From Flaccisagitta enflata (lineage: Eukaryota): 64,000 bases of DNA. The stretch covers positions 42,408,001 to 42,472,000 of the forward strand of contig OZ231126.1 in the NCBI GenBank assembly GCA_965153355.1, in the 5' to 3' direction. Of the stretch, positions 35,354 to 47,492 are shown in pieces. Each line of letters opens with the position of its first letter. Positions within the stretch are counted from its first letter, which is position 1. Made by a program: the position numbers and the translations under genes. The notes beneath the pieces are model-generated. The model worked only from the letters and a program-made list of their open reading frames with translations, was not told the DNA's origin and did no database searches.

Positions 35354-36991
35354 TTCCCACAGATCTTCCCAGATCCAGATCTCTCCAACATCCCATTTAC
35401 ATCAACATGGTCATGACACTATTTTGGATCGAGTAAATTTGGACTCTATGTCTTTGTCTTTCTTCGTTTTTCACACATCTGTGGATACCCCCCCAAAGAG
35501 AATCGAAATATCCATTTTTTCTGACTGTGTCATTTGTCTTCAGGAATATGTGGACTACTAAAAAGAAACAAAAAATGAAAAAATTCTTTTGAAATTTTTT
35601 CATTTATATCACTTTTTGGGCAAAAAAAGGTCATTTTTAGTACTTTTTTGGCATGAAATTGTTTTTACAGCTTTGAAAATTGAAAAAAATACTGGAAATA
35701 TGTGGCAATAGCTAGAATACACATGTTTTTACCATTAGCAGGTTTTTTGGATATCTTAAAGATAAGAGCGTAAAAAAAGCCTAAAACTGCAAAATATCGT
35801 TTTTTTTTTAAATATTTTTCTGTCCTAATTTGTTCAGGCAGCATAATAACTCTTAAAAAATCTTAGAAATGTGTGGCAATAGCTAGAACATACATGTTTT
35901 TACACTTGACAAAAAGTTTTTTTGGGATATCTTAAAGATAAGCGCATAAAAAAAACCAAAAAAACGGCAAAATATCCCCTTTTTGGTATTTTTAAGTGCT
36001 AATTCGTTCATGCAGCATAAGAACTCTTAAACAATCTTAGAAATGTGTGGCAATAGCTAGAACATACATGTTTTTACCTTTGACAAAAAATTTTTGGGAT
36101 ATCTTAAAGATAAGAGCATAAAAAAGACCCAAAAAATGGTAAAATATTGCTGTTTTTAGTAATTTTAAGTCCTTATCCGTTCAGGTTAAAATAGTTATAC
36201 TCAAGACTACCACTATACATTTCTAGGATTTTTCAGGAATTATTATGCTGCATGAACAAATAAAGACTTAAAATTATTAAAAAAAATGATATTTTACCGT
36301 TTTTTTTTTTTTGTCTTTCTTATGCTCTTATCTTTTCAATAACCCAAAAAACTTTTTGTAAAGGGTAAAAACATGTATATCCTAGCTATTGCCACACATT
36401 TTAAAGATTTTTTAAGAGTTTTTATGCTGCATGAAAGAAAAAGGATTTAAAAACACTGAAAAAAAGGATATTTTGCCGTGTTTTGGTTTTTTTTATGCGC
36501 TTATCTTCAAGATATCCCAAAAAACTTTTTGCTAAGGGTAAAAACATGTATATTCTAGCTATTGTAACACATTTCTAAGATTTTCCAAGAGTTATTATGC
36601 TGCATGAACAAATTAGGACAGAAAAATACTGAAAAAAACTATATTTTGCCGTTTTTTGGCTTTTTTTATGCTCTTATCTTCAAGATATCCCAAAAAAATT
36701 TTTGCTAATGGTAAAAACATGTGTATTCTAGCTATTGCCACCTATTTCCAGTATTTTTTGGGATTTTCAAAGCTGTATAAACAATTTTATACAAAAAAAA
36801 TGCTAAAAATAGTTTGTTTGTTTTTTTTCTCAAAAAGTGATATAAATGAAAACATTTCAGGAGAATTTTTTTCTTTTTTGTTTTTTTTTAGTAGTCCACA
36901 TGTTCCTGAAGACAAAAGACGCAGTCAGAAAAAAATGGATATTTTGATTCTCTTTGGGGGGGTATCCAGAGATGTGTGTTTTGATATTCAA
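34616..36991 (-). other. Candidate exons of an unidentified, possibly decayed gene
   Basis: Putative exon 36991-35401 (split by the foldback element) joins in phase to 35163-35080, giving LNIKNEERQRHRVQIYSIQNSVMTMLMFFLIKYGSCTVEVEFQYHMSTAADALD. An open frame 34943-34616 is followed by AATAAA at 34585-34580. No recognisable domain, and the last junction is unresolved. Confidence 0.25.
35472..36978. mobile_element. 1.5-kb foldback element with CAC..GTG termini; each arm holds three ~173-bp tandem units
   Basis: The ~700-bp arms are diverged reverse complements (CACACATCTGTGGATACCCCCCCAAAGAGAATC.. / ..GATTCTCTTTGGGGGGGTATCCAGAGATGTGTG). Marker TGTGGCAATAGCTAG at 35701, 35872, 36046 and inverted near 36382, 36555, 36728. 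TTTT on both flanks. Confidence 0.85.
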
Positions 36992-37128
36992 CTGTCAACG
37001 TTAGTTGCAAAGCGACCAAAAAAGAAGAAGAAAAAAAACAACGAAATTTGCGTAGCAACGCAAGTCGAGGATCGAAGTTTCATCCTCTCCTCCATCTTTT
37101 TCTCGTGGATGAATAAAATATGAAGACA

Positions 37129-37275
37129 GCCAGGTTTAACGATGGCATATGATTAACAAACTTTATGCCAGGTTTAAAGATGGCATATGATTAACAAATT
37201 TAAGCCAGGTTTAAAGATGGCATATGATTAACAAACTTTATGCCAGGTTTAAAGATGGCATATGATTAAAAAATT
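37129..37275. repeat. 37/38-bp minisatellite, about 4 copies
   Basis: GCCAGGTTTAAAGATGGCATATGATTAACAAACTTTAT repeated. Confidence 0.9.
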
Positions 37276-37600
37276 TCAAGGCCTACAGAGAGACGAGGTA
37301 AGAAAAATCAGGTGACGGATATTCTCGGTGCAAAAAACGAGCCTAATCAGGCAACGATGCGATGTCTCCTCGGTTTTTCGACAAACGATAGACAAACAGT
37401 GGATAATTGTGTATCTCACATGACCCTCTTCCATTTATTTCCGTTTGGGCAAACTGAGTGATATTGCTCCACTTCACATACATACATACATGCATACATA
37501 CATACATACATACATACATACATACATACATACATACATACATACATACATACATACATACATACATAAATACATACATACTTACATACATACATACATA

Positions 37601-37829
37601 CTATCTTGCTAATAAATATATCAACATCTGAAAAGAAGCATCAACTTTGGAAAAATACTGCTCCTTAATGAATAAAGCTCCAATTACCAGATTTGTCTCA
37701 CTTTAAATATTTGTTTGAACGCTTTAAAATGCGACCAATCTGGTAATTGTAGCTTTACTCGTTTAGGTGCAGTACTCTTCCAAAGTTGATGCTTCTTTTC
37801 AGATGTTGATATATTTATCAGCAAGATAG
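37601..37829. mobile_element. Hairpin MITE with ~90-bp TIRs at a TA target
   Basis: CTATCTTGCTAATAAATATATCAACATCTGAAAAGAAGCATCAACTTTGGAA.. is mirrored at about 37738-37829, with TA on each side. Confidence 0.85.
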
Positions 37830-37911
37830 TACATACATACATACATACATACATACATACATACATACATACATACATACATACATACATACATACATAC
37901 ATACATACATA

Positions 37912-38533
37912 CAGGGGCGTATTTGACGGGGCATCAGGGGCAGCAGCTGCTGCCCTTTTTGTTGGGGCACGAGACTCATTGGGACACAAAGAGAGAGAGA
38001 GAGAGAGTGATTTGAAATGTTTCCAGCAGTAATAAAGTGGGGTTTTATGGGATCGATCTACAGAGCTATTCATCCCCTCGGCCATTCATTCAGTTGTCCA
38101 GGTTGATGCCCTTGCCCTTCATCAACCAAATGGATCTGAATCATTACTCATTTCCAAGTTTTCACCAATAATTGAAATCCTCTTTAAAAATGTCCGATGG
38201 AAAATGATTCTGCTTTGCCTCAAGATGCGAAAAGGACAATGCTCCAAATATGACAAAATTTTTGACAATAACTATGGATGCTTCACATCATATGACAAAA
38301 CATTATCCTTGGGCTTGTTTATGCTTTAGATATTGAACATTTTGCACTGTAATATTAATAAAGCAAGACTTCCTTTTATATAACACAATAGCTACGGTAA
38401 AAAGCAATACTAATAAGTAATATTAGTTGCATGATTAGCTACATAAGTAAAAGAAAAATTATTGAGACACAAGACTCGTTGGGACACAGTTTTGGCTTGC
38501 TGCCCCAAAAATTTAGGCTCAAATACGCCCCTG
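37912..38533. mobile_element. hAT-like MITE
   Basis: 15-bp TIR CAGGGGCGTATTTGA / TCAAATACGCCCCTG with CATACATA on both flanks (inside a microsatellite, so the TSD is weak evidence). Confidence 0.75.
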
Positions 38534-39073
38534 CATACATACATACATTCATACATACATACATACATACATACATACATACATACATACATACATACAT
38601 ACATACATACATACATACATACATACATACAGACATACATGCATACATTCATATATATATACATACATACATACATACCGGCTGACCATCCAACCAACCA
38701 ACAGACAGCCGGATGGACGGACGGACAGACCCATTCATAGGGGTGTAATGACGCATCTAAAAAGGGTGTAAATCCCCCATTAGCCATGATTTTCCTCAGA
38801 TGGATTTTGGCCTGTTGAAAATTCCTTTGTCTCGAAGTCGATTTGCATGAGGGAGTGGAAAAAAAGTCGCATACCAGAGAGGATTTCTTTTTTCTTAAAA
38901 CTTCCTAAAAAAATTTGCAATGTAAAGTAAGATAATTCATTTGCGCCTGCTTTGGAGATTCATGTGTGAAGTATGTTTCGTACAAGCAAACAAATTTTAG
39001 CAAATGGGGCTTTGATATGAACCACAAACAGTTGTTTCACCGACAGGCAATCGAATTGTCTGTGTTGTAGGCG

Positions 39074-39199
<126 letters not shown>

Positions 39200-39583
39200 A
39201 CCCGACGAGTATCATCAGCCGACTAGTTTCGGTGATCAAAATTCATAAAATCCATATACGGCAATTTAATCAGAGCTAAGGAACAATGGATAAGCATTTA
39301 TACATATGATAGACATATGATGGAATTCTTTGAAATGTTTTGGCTTTTTTTTTTTTTTCTTTTTTTTGCGTCTGTATAGGGATAATTCCTCGTTAATGAT
39401 CCATGGATAGAATTGGGGCAAACTTTAATATTCGGCCGCCATTCATATCAAACATACGAAGTGGCATGAAGGCAGAAAATCAAACAAGCAGAGGTCAGTA
39501 TTTGATTGAGAAAACCCGCACGGCAAAACAATGGCGACGCGTATGAAGCCGTGTTTTAGGTCATTGAAACTATTTGGTGTGTA

Positions 39584-40174
39584 TCTAGAGCAAAAGTATG
39601 GAAACATTTTAGTAATTGCATAGTTTATGCAAAAAGTTTTTGTACAGAAACCTTAAGAATATATCAGATACTTATCTTAACATCCCGGAGGTTCAACAAG
39701 TTATTGAGTATGGGTTTTTGAACATTTTCAAATGAATGTTAGATATAAACACATTATGTTTCTTCCTTTTCATGAAAACTGTTTAGGATCAGTCTTTAGT
39801 ATATACTTAATGCTCTTTTTAGCTTTTTTGCAACCACAATGATTCAGAGGGGTTGGAACCAGCCAATAAAATACAATGAGTCTATGGCATTGAAGAAGGG
39901 ACTAAAAATTAGATGAAACAATCTTAAATCTATCTTTAAAATGGTGTTATCACTTGAAGCGGAAATCTCTTTGTAATAATTTTGCTAATATTCAGTTGAG
40001 GTACCTGTTTTGTTTTGCTTCTCTTTTCTAAACGGCTTGAGCTAGAAAAATGCGGTTTGCGGTATCAAGTCAGAAATTTGAAGAAGTTTTAAAATCTCTT
40101 TGATTTCTATATGAATTCTTTATTTTAAGCAGAGTTATGGCTTTAAATGCGTGTTTTCATACTTGTGCTCTAGA
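39584..40174. mobile_element. Probable MITE with TA flanks
   Basis: TA-TCTAGAGCAAAAGTATGGAAACA / TGTTTTCATACTTGTGCTCTAGA-TA imperfect inverted repeat. Confidence 0.55.
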
Positions 40175-40399
40175 TAGTACATTGCAAATTCTACATCAAA
40201 TGTTCGAGGCGATCATCCTCATGAAGCATCAACGGCGACATTCCATAGCGTTCATCAGATTCCATCGCCGTCCATCGGACCACAACGCAATTATCCCTTT
40301 GTTTTAAGTGACACCAATTCCCGGGACTTTTCTTTGTTATTCCCGGGAATTCCCGGGAATTTTTTGGTAATTTCTCCTAATTCCTGGGAATTTATATGA

Positions 40400-40880
40400 A
40401 TTTTTCATGTGATCTTGTTGATTCCTGGCACATTCCAGCTTACTGCTTTTTGTTTTTTACATGTTCCTGCTTATTCCTACTTGTTTTGGGGAATGAACAG
40501 GAACATGTATGAAACATGCAGGAATTAGCAGGAACATATTTTAAGATCTGCATAGATTAGCAGGAACATGTATGAAACAAAAGGGAATAAGCAGGAACAT
40601 GCATAAAATATGCAGGAATTAATGAGAACATGTATAAAACATTCGGGAATTAGCAGGAACATTCACAAGAAATACATGAATCAACAGGAACATGTATGAA
40701 ATATGTAGAAATTAGCAGGAACATGCATGAAACAAGCAGAAATGAACAGGAACATGCATGAAACAGTCAGGAATTAGCAGTAACATGCTTGAAACAACCA
40801 GGAATTAGCAGGAACATGCATCAAACAAGCAGGAATTAGCAGGAACATGCATAAAACATACAGGAATTAGCAGGAACATT
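40400..40880. repeat. 31-bp minisatellite with an internal orientation switch
   Basis: GCAGGAACATGCATGAAACAAGCAGGAATTA, about 13 copies at 40490-40880, plus 2-3 inverted copies at 40400-40485. Confidence 0.8.
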
Positions 40881-42788
40881 CAAAGTATTGGGCCAATACA
40901 ATACAATACCAATACAATACAATATCTTAAAGAATTGTACCCAATACGTAACAATATTTTAATTCACATAATAAAAGATCTTTGTTGAATCTGAAATAAA
41001 TAGTTGAAGCTTCAACTCATTTTTTATATGCTTGATCAAAAAAATTTTTTTGAATATTTCTTTTAACTTTCATATATCTATCAATATTTTTTTTCATAAA
41101 TCTCTTATCTTTGCTTCTTTAGGTAAGTCTCCTTGTCTGTGTTTGTCCCTGTGTGTGTGTGTGTGTGTGTCTCTCTCTCTCTCTCTCTTTTTCTTTCTCC
41201 CTTTATCTCCGTCTTTATCTCTATCTATCTGTCTATCTGTCTCTCTCTCTTTCTCTTTTTCTCTCTCTCTCTCTCTCCCCTTGAATGTAATGACCCAGGA
41301 TTAGATCTGAGGGAAAATCGATCTTTCCTCCTCTTCATCTTTCAGACCTCATCCTCTTCTTTTTCACTTTTTTTCTGCACTTCCTAAAAAATCGATCTCT
41401 CCTCATCCTACTCATCTACCTTACCTTATCCTCTTTTATTTTTCACCTGTCTGTTTGACCTTCCTAAAAATTTTACTATTTTCTCAAAAAAAATTATTGT
41501 ATTGTATTGTATTGGGAAAATAACAATAACCATAATAAATATTGGGTAAACCCAATACTTACAAGTATTGTAAATACAATACAATACCCAATACGAATCG
41601 CCCGGCCTTGCCCCCAACAGCCCAAACGGATCATCATAAAGACTTGAAATTTGGCATGTACTCTCATCTTAGACCTAATCGTGAGGACATCGAGGCGATT
41701 TTTGATAAGTTGCTCCAAAGTAGATTTATGGGGCAGGGGTGGGGGTACCCCTGGGGGGCAAAAATGTCAAAAAACATTTCTTGGATTTTTTTCATTTTTT
41801 CGACTTGGTTACTTGTTTCAGCGTCTTTAGCACCAGAATAAAGCATTATTTTGTTTTTTCCTTCATTAGAATGCAATATCAGGCTATTTAAAACTTGATA
41901 AGACACATTTCCAGGTTTTTGGCAAATTTCAAAGCCTGAAAATCAGGCGTTAAGCATAGCAAGTCCGGAACTCATCTGCTGCCTCCAGAAACAGTGCATT
42001 AGCTCTTTTTCTTTATACAATACCATTTCCACGCAACTCCATAATCAATAAGAGGCTTTGTCTGTCCGTCGGTCTGTCTGCCCATTGGTCCGTGAGGACG
42101 AGTCAAAAAATGGAAAAACGAGTGTTTTGGATGGTTCCGTGCATGTAGGGAAAGTGGGGTGGGGGTTGGACACCCCTGCCTACCCGTCCGCAACAATATT
42201 GTGACCAGTGTCAGCGGTTATCCCATCATTAGCACCAAACAATTCAAGCGGCTCGCCAACTGATGAATAAAAAAAAATGACCATTTGCCTCACCCAAATG
42301 TAAGAACGAGTTACGATTTCAGTCTAATAGTCGCATTTGGTCAAACAAGGCTGGATATAGGATACACAGCTACTGCAGTCACGTGCGGGTAAGCAAGGGC
42401 TATATTTGAGGTTATTACCGATTTGGGCCGGAGCAGTGGGACCAAAGACTGTAGACACAAAAGAAGTGTGATGGATTGACGGAGCGACGGTCTTAGTAGG
42501 GTGAAGTCGCGTAGCATGCAAACTAAAATTGCTCCATCGTTCTTAAGAGAACTTGATACGCTGTCACCCTAAAAAGTTGTCACCCTGACCAGGGCCTGAT
42601 AAGTTGTTACCCCGCTGATATAAGATAGTCAAAACCAAAAGCTGATGGCAAAACCATTTTCATTTTTTACTGTTTTTCCTTCATCAAAATTAAAGATAGT
42701 TACATCTTAAGAATGCAATCGAAGGTTAACTTCAGCCCTCTGGTTGAGGCACTGCCCCTGCCCCAGAACCGAAATTAAAGTTGCCATC

Positions 42789-42869
<81 letters not shown>

Positions 42870-43328
42870 TCGACAGGTTTTGTTGCCTGCAACGCGTTTT
42901 GTCGGGATGCTAAATCTACAATTTTCTTCCCCATAATGCAATAAAACAGTTGTTTTATGTAAAAATAGTGTTAAATATTGTTAAACTAATCAGGATTTAT
43001 GATTTGGTCATGCCAAAAGTCATGTTTTCTTGTTTTTGTTTTTGTTTTTGTTTTTTTTTTAAGGCGCGTCCTCGCTTTTCTATAAGAGGTCATGTTTGTT
43101 TGTCGTCGGTTGGTTGGTTTGTATAGTTCGTTCGGTCACTCAAATGTTTGAGATGTGCAAAACGGCCGATTCTGACGTCTTTTTTTATTCATTCATTCAT
43201 TCATTCATTTTTACATAACATGCTGTGACTTGGCCTTGCCTCTCCCACCTTCCTTTTCATTACATACAGGTCGGATTGTTGTATCACTGTGTTTGTTTCC
43301 CCATGACTTTAATCTTATGCTTTCATTG

Positions 43329-43850
43329 CAGGCGTGTATTAAGTTGAGCAGCATTTGATTTCTTCTCTCCCCCCCCCCCCTTTGGCGCTTTTTATTCCGT
43401 TACCCTCGGTTGGTCATAGTAAAACTTGAATCAAAATAGTATCAAATTTAGTAATCTTATATCAACTTTTGGTACTACCAAGAGAGTTATATCTTCAAAA
43501 AATTTTCTTTTTAGTCGCTGGCTATGCGACTCTATAGTAGGGTGTGTCCATTGGTAGGAAGGTCTGAAGGTGACGCGAAGTTTGAGATGGCGCAAAATAG
43601 GTTGAAATAGCCACATTGGGTTGAAATAGCCATATTGCAGCCCCAACCTGTCCCATACTGCCTCTGCCCACCCACATTACTACCACTGCCCACCACCAAG
43701 CACCAGCGATACACGACCATTGGTCGTGTATCTGGCCTGTTTTTAGCTATTGAACTTTTTACTCCATTTCCAAACCCTTTGATTTTACTCCCCATCTCTC
43801 CCACGGGGGGGTGGGGGGGGGGGAAAGATACTCAACAGTATACACGTCTG
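43329..43850. mobile_element. hAT-like MITE with a nested HINE-like element (43507-43742)
   Basis: 8-bp TSD TTTCATTG (43321-28 / 43851-58), TIRs CAGGCGTGTAT..GTTGAG / CTCAAC..ATACACGTCTG. Confidence 0.85.
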
Positions 43851-43910
43851 TTTCATTGTAAGAAATCTTTTATCTTTTAATCGATGGATACAATTGCGTT
43901 TGCTGTTTAA

Positions 43911-44509
43911 CACATGTGCAAAAATTAGGCGGAAAAGGATTGTTTGAGTACAGATTAAGTGTAACAACTGCTGTCAAAACCCATAAAACCCCCTCACATG
44001 AAATAATGTGCCTTATTTTATGAATTTGGAAGATTGGGCACGGCTTTAATGTCCTACGAACCTTGTTTTATTGTGATTTCCCAGTAAATCCTCCAGGGCA
44101 ACAATTTCAGAAATGAATTTTCTCTTCATTTTATTCAACTGCATATTGTTCAGATTGAACATTTTATGGGGCAAATGCGCACTTCTTGAGTCAGTTAACT
44201 TTTTGATACTCTACCCTACAAATATCTGAAAAATTTGCTCTTCTTTTTCCTCGCAGGGTGCTATAAATGCCTTGTAATGATGAGCAACTTTTGGAAGCAT
44301 AAACATGGGAAAAATCGGCAACGTTTTGATATTGCAATCATAACATAAGGGTTGAATTAGGCATCATATGAATTAAGTCGAAATCAAATCTTACTACAAC
44401 CCAAAAATACTACCAAATAGCTATCTTCACTCCAAATTTCATGTTACTGGAGCTTTTCTTATTATGGAAACTACATCTTTACATTTTCCGCCTAATTTTT
44501 GCACATGTG
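43911..44509. mobile_element. piggyBac-like MITE
   Basis: 26-bp perfect TIR CACATGTGCAAAAATTAGGCGGAAAA flanked by TTAA at 43907-10 and 44510-13. Confidence 0.85.
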
Positions 44510-45732
44510 TTAAAAAAAACTCTTGCTTTAGTTGGAATTTGGTCGGTCGATGGCCTAGTCAAATTGACACAAATTGAAATTCTTTGTAAGTCTCGGTTTT
44601 GACATTGTCCCTCCTAGAGAGCATTAATTATGATTACAATGAGTAAGTTGGGTTAAAATGAGTTTTCCTAGTACCTAAGACACTAATCTAAGCTGCTAAG
44701 TCGAAAAAATGAAAAAAATCGGAAACAAAATTTTTTTGACATTTTTGCCCCCCAGGGGTACCCCCACCCCTGCCCCATAAATCTGCTCTGGGGCAACTTA
44801 TCAAAAATCGCCTCGATGGCCCCACGATTAAGCCTAAGATAAGTGCCCATGCCAAATTTCAAGTCTTTATGATGATCCGTTTGGAAGGTGACAAAGCATT
44901 TACAAATCTGTCCGAATTCATTTGCTTACTGACTGAAGGAGAATACACTATAAAATATATAAAGCCTCTTGAAATAGTGTAAAATTACCACAAAGCGCAG
45001 GGAGGTTGAAATCCATGCCCTTTAAATGATTATTGACATCAGATGTAGCATTTTTTCGCTCATAAACATGAAAAATCAACAAAAAATGCCAAAAATGCTC
45101 GATCGGGGCCCTTAAAATGGCTTTTGAGTCACTCAAACTTAATTTTGTACCATTTTTTTTCTCAGATTTGGGCTTCTCACTTCCAAAAGTGGTATTTTAC
45201 AGCAGGGACCGCTCGTTTTTCCCCCTCAAGACACAACCAATCCAAAAAAATCACGAAAAACACCAAAAATGCTCGTTCGGGGCCCTTCAGACAGCCGATG
45301 GGGATCGAAATATTGTTCTGAGCCCATTTTTGACGATCTGAGTGAATTCCCCACCCCAAAATTGGTCTAGTACGGAATGGACGGTAAGAGATCATGATTT
45401 TTGCATGATCCTGAGAGCTGTTAACGACGGCGGGGTGCTTGATAGCTACAACCTTCAACACGCATGTGTGGTGCCGCTGACTTTTTTTGGCGACAGCCGA
45501 GTGTCATAAGATCGTTCGTGATGGGAAATCGGACGCGCCCGAAGAACAATCAAAACTGAGCTCAACTGAACGTCTATTGCCGAACGTTGTTTCCATTCGG
45601 TTTTACCTTAGTCAAGCAATTATTTTACCGTTGTCTCTAATTAAGAAGCATTATTGAGTGTTAGTTATCTGCTGAACTATACCTTATATTGGCATATTGC
45701 ACCAGATTCCGTCTAGGGACTAATTTGTTAGA

Positions 45733-47281
45733 ATGATCTCCATCACGCAAAGACTCTTAAACGCTGGACGCAGTGTTGCTCACTCATCTTCGCAGACATT
45801 CGTTCGCGGTTTTGCAGCTTCGACACCCGCTCAAAATCAGAGGTCGGTTGTAGTAATTGACGTGAATGTTTATGAACGGGTGGGGGCTTTTAAAGAGTTT
45901 GCAATTGCGGAATGCGTTTAAAAGGGAAAAAAGATAAAGCATAACGTTTTATTACTGCAGTACAATGTAATACTTTTTCATTTCCAAAAGTACCATTGAG
46001 GAAGAATCAAAGAATGTGGGGCTGAAAGAATCAAAGGCGACACAATTGTATACACCCCTGCGTATCTTTAAGCTCTAAAGCAGACATGACCTTGGCTCCT
46101 TTTGGTTGCAGCTTCGATCTTGACGAACTGGAGGTAGAAGACCGGCCACAAAGAAGCAAAACGAGAGAGAAGTTCGTCAACAATATTACCCTCTACGGGA
46201 CGGTCGGCAGAAAACCGGAAGAATATGGCCTCGAAGGTATCGTTCATGTTACCACATATACTTGTTGAAAATTGAATGTCCTATCCTGCCTGTCGCCCGC
46301 CTGCCTGCCTGTCGCCTGCAGTCGATGGAAGTTTCATCTCTTGTCAAACAAAATATAAGCGCCCTAAATTACTCTATTCAGGGAAAGAAGTGACGATTTT
46401 CCCTTTGCTCACGAAGAGCTATTACGGTCAGCCGGGAGACAAAAAGGAGGAAAAGAATTGGCATAAGGTGGGTGAACGACTGAATGTTGAGTTGAGGCGT
46501 CGTTCAAAACATGGAAATTGGTAATCCGGATAGTCTAATCCTCCTTCAATGTAAGTCATGGTTTGATTCCCGACCATCTGTATCGCAGATCATGCTAACA
46601 AGGGCCAGCGGAGGCTCGAGAGAATGGGCTTTGAACAATCTGGAGCCCGGGGACAAAGTTTTGGTGAGTTGCAATTGTTGAATTTTAAATATATATCTAT
46701 TGAAACAAGGCCAGATACACGGGCCAAGACGGTGCACCTGGCGTTATTAATTCTTAGACTTATCCGTAGCTCTATGCCCCTAGCTCTATCCCAGACCTAT
46801 CCCTAGAACTATTGAACCTATTTCTAGCTCTATCAGACCCATACTTAGCTCAATCAGACCCATTCCAAGCTCAATTAGACCTATCCCTAGCAATATCTGA
46901 CCCATCCCTAGCTGTATCCAATCTATCCCGAGCTCTAGCAGACCTATCCACAGCTGATTAGGATAATGACTGAAATGACGAGAAACATGAATGAGGAGTT
47001 TTTACGTGATTTCAAACATTTTCTGCGATTTTCACTCAAGCGTGACAGACAGACGGACAGAGCCTCGTATAGAGGTGCCATGGCGCACCTAAAAACTTTG
47101 ATTATGAATTCACGATTATGCGAATGGACGTAAACTCTTATCTCTCCTCAACTTGTCTTGATTTTAGGTTACTGGTTCGATATTTTACAAGCGGGTTGAC
47201 CCTCAAAATCGCGATCTCGGGAAGATGACGACGATCGTGGCCGAAAACACCATTTTAGCGGAAAAAAAATTCGTTTCATGA
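45733..47281 (+). CDS. SSBP1: Mitochondrial single-stranded DNA-binding protein, 169 aa
   Basis: Exons 45733-45842, 46112-46236, 46382-46467, 46589-46663 and 47168-47281 total 510 nt in phase. Basic/Ser-rich presequence MISITQRLLNAGRS.. OB-fold motifs EKFVNNITLYGTVGRKP, VTIFPLLT, NWHKI, GDKVLVTGSIFY, TTIVAE. Confidence 0.9.
46703..47095 (-). mobile_element. HINE-like element with ~21-bp tandem repeats in SSBP1 intron 4
   Basis: AGGTGCCATGGCGCACCT stem beside an A-tract, (GACA/GACG)n, AGACCTATCCCTAGCTCTATC-like units, AACAAGGCCAGATACACGGGCC end. Confidence 0.6.
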
Positions 47282-47492
47282 TGGACGTGGACTGGAATCT
47301 GCGATGTTGCGGAGAAAGTGACTCATTTGTTACGAAACGCGATCCTTTCGTGATACAAAACAATCTGCATGACCGATATTAGTCACCAGTGATTTGAGTT
47401 GTCTTAGTTTTCAAAGTGTTGAATCCTTCGTTTTCATTATGTCAGGTTACTATTTAATAAAACACCCCCATCAACCCTTAAAAACTCGAACC

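Larger units (their letters stand above)
37335..38763 (-). mobile_element. HINE-like element with a (TATG)n core carrying two nested MITEs
   Basis: On the minus strand: head TTTTAGATGCGTC..(GTCC)n at 38763, tail CGCATCGTTGCCTGATTAGGCTCGTT at ~37335. (ATAC)n is split into three blocks. Confidence 0.6.
41621..44884. repeat. Pair of inverted ~200-bp repeats (41621-~41850 and ~44660-44884)
   Basis: CCAAACGGATCATCATAAAGACTTGAAATTTGGCATG..GGGGTACCCCTGGGGGGCAAAAATGTCAAAAA and its reverse complement. Confidence 0.7.
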
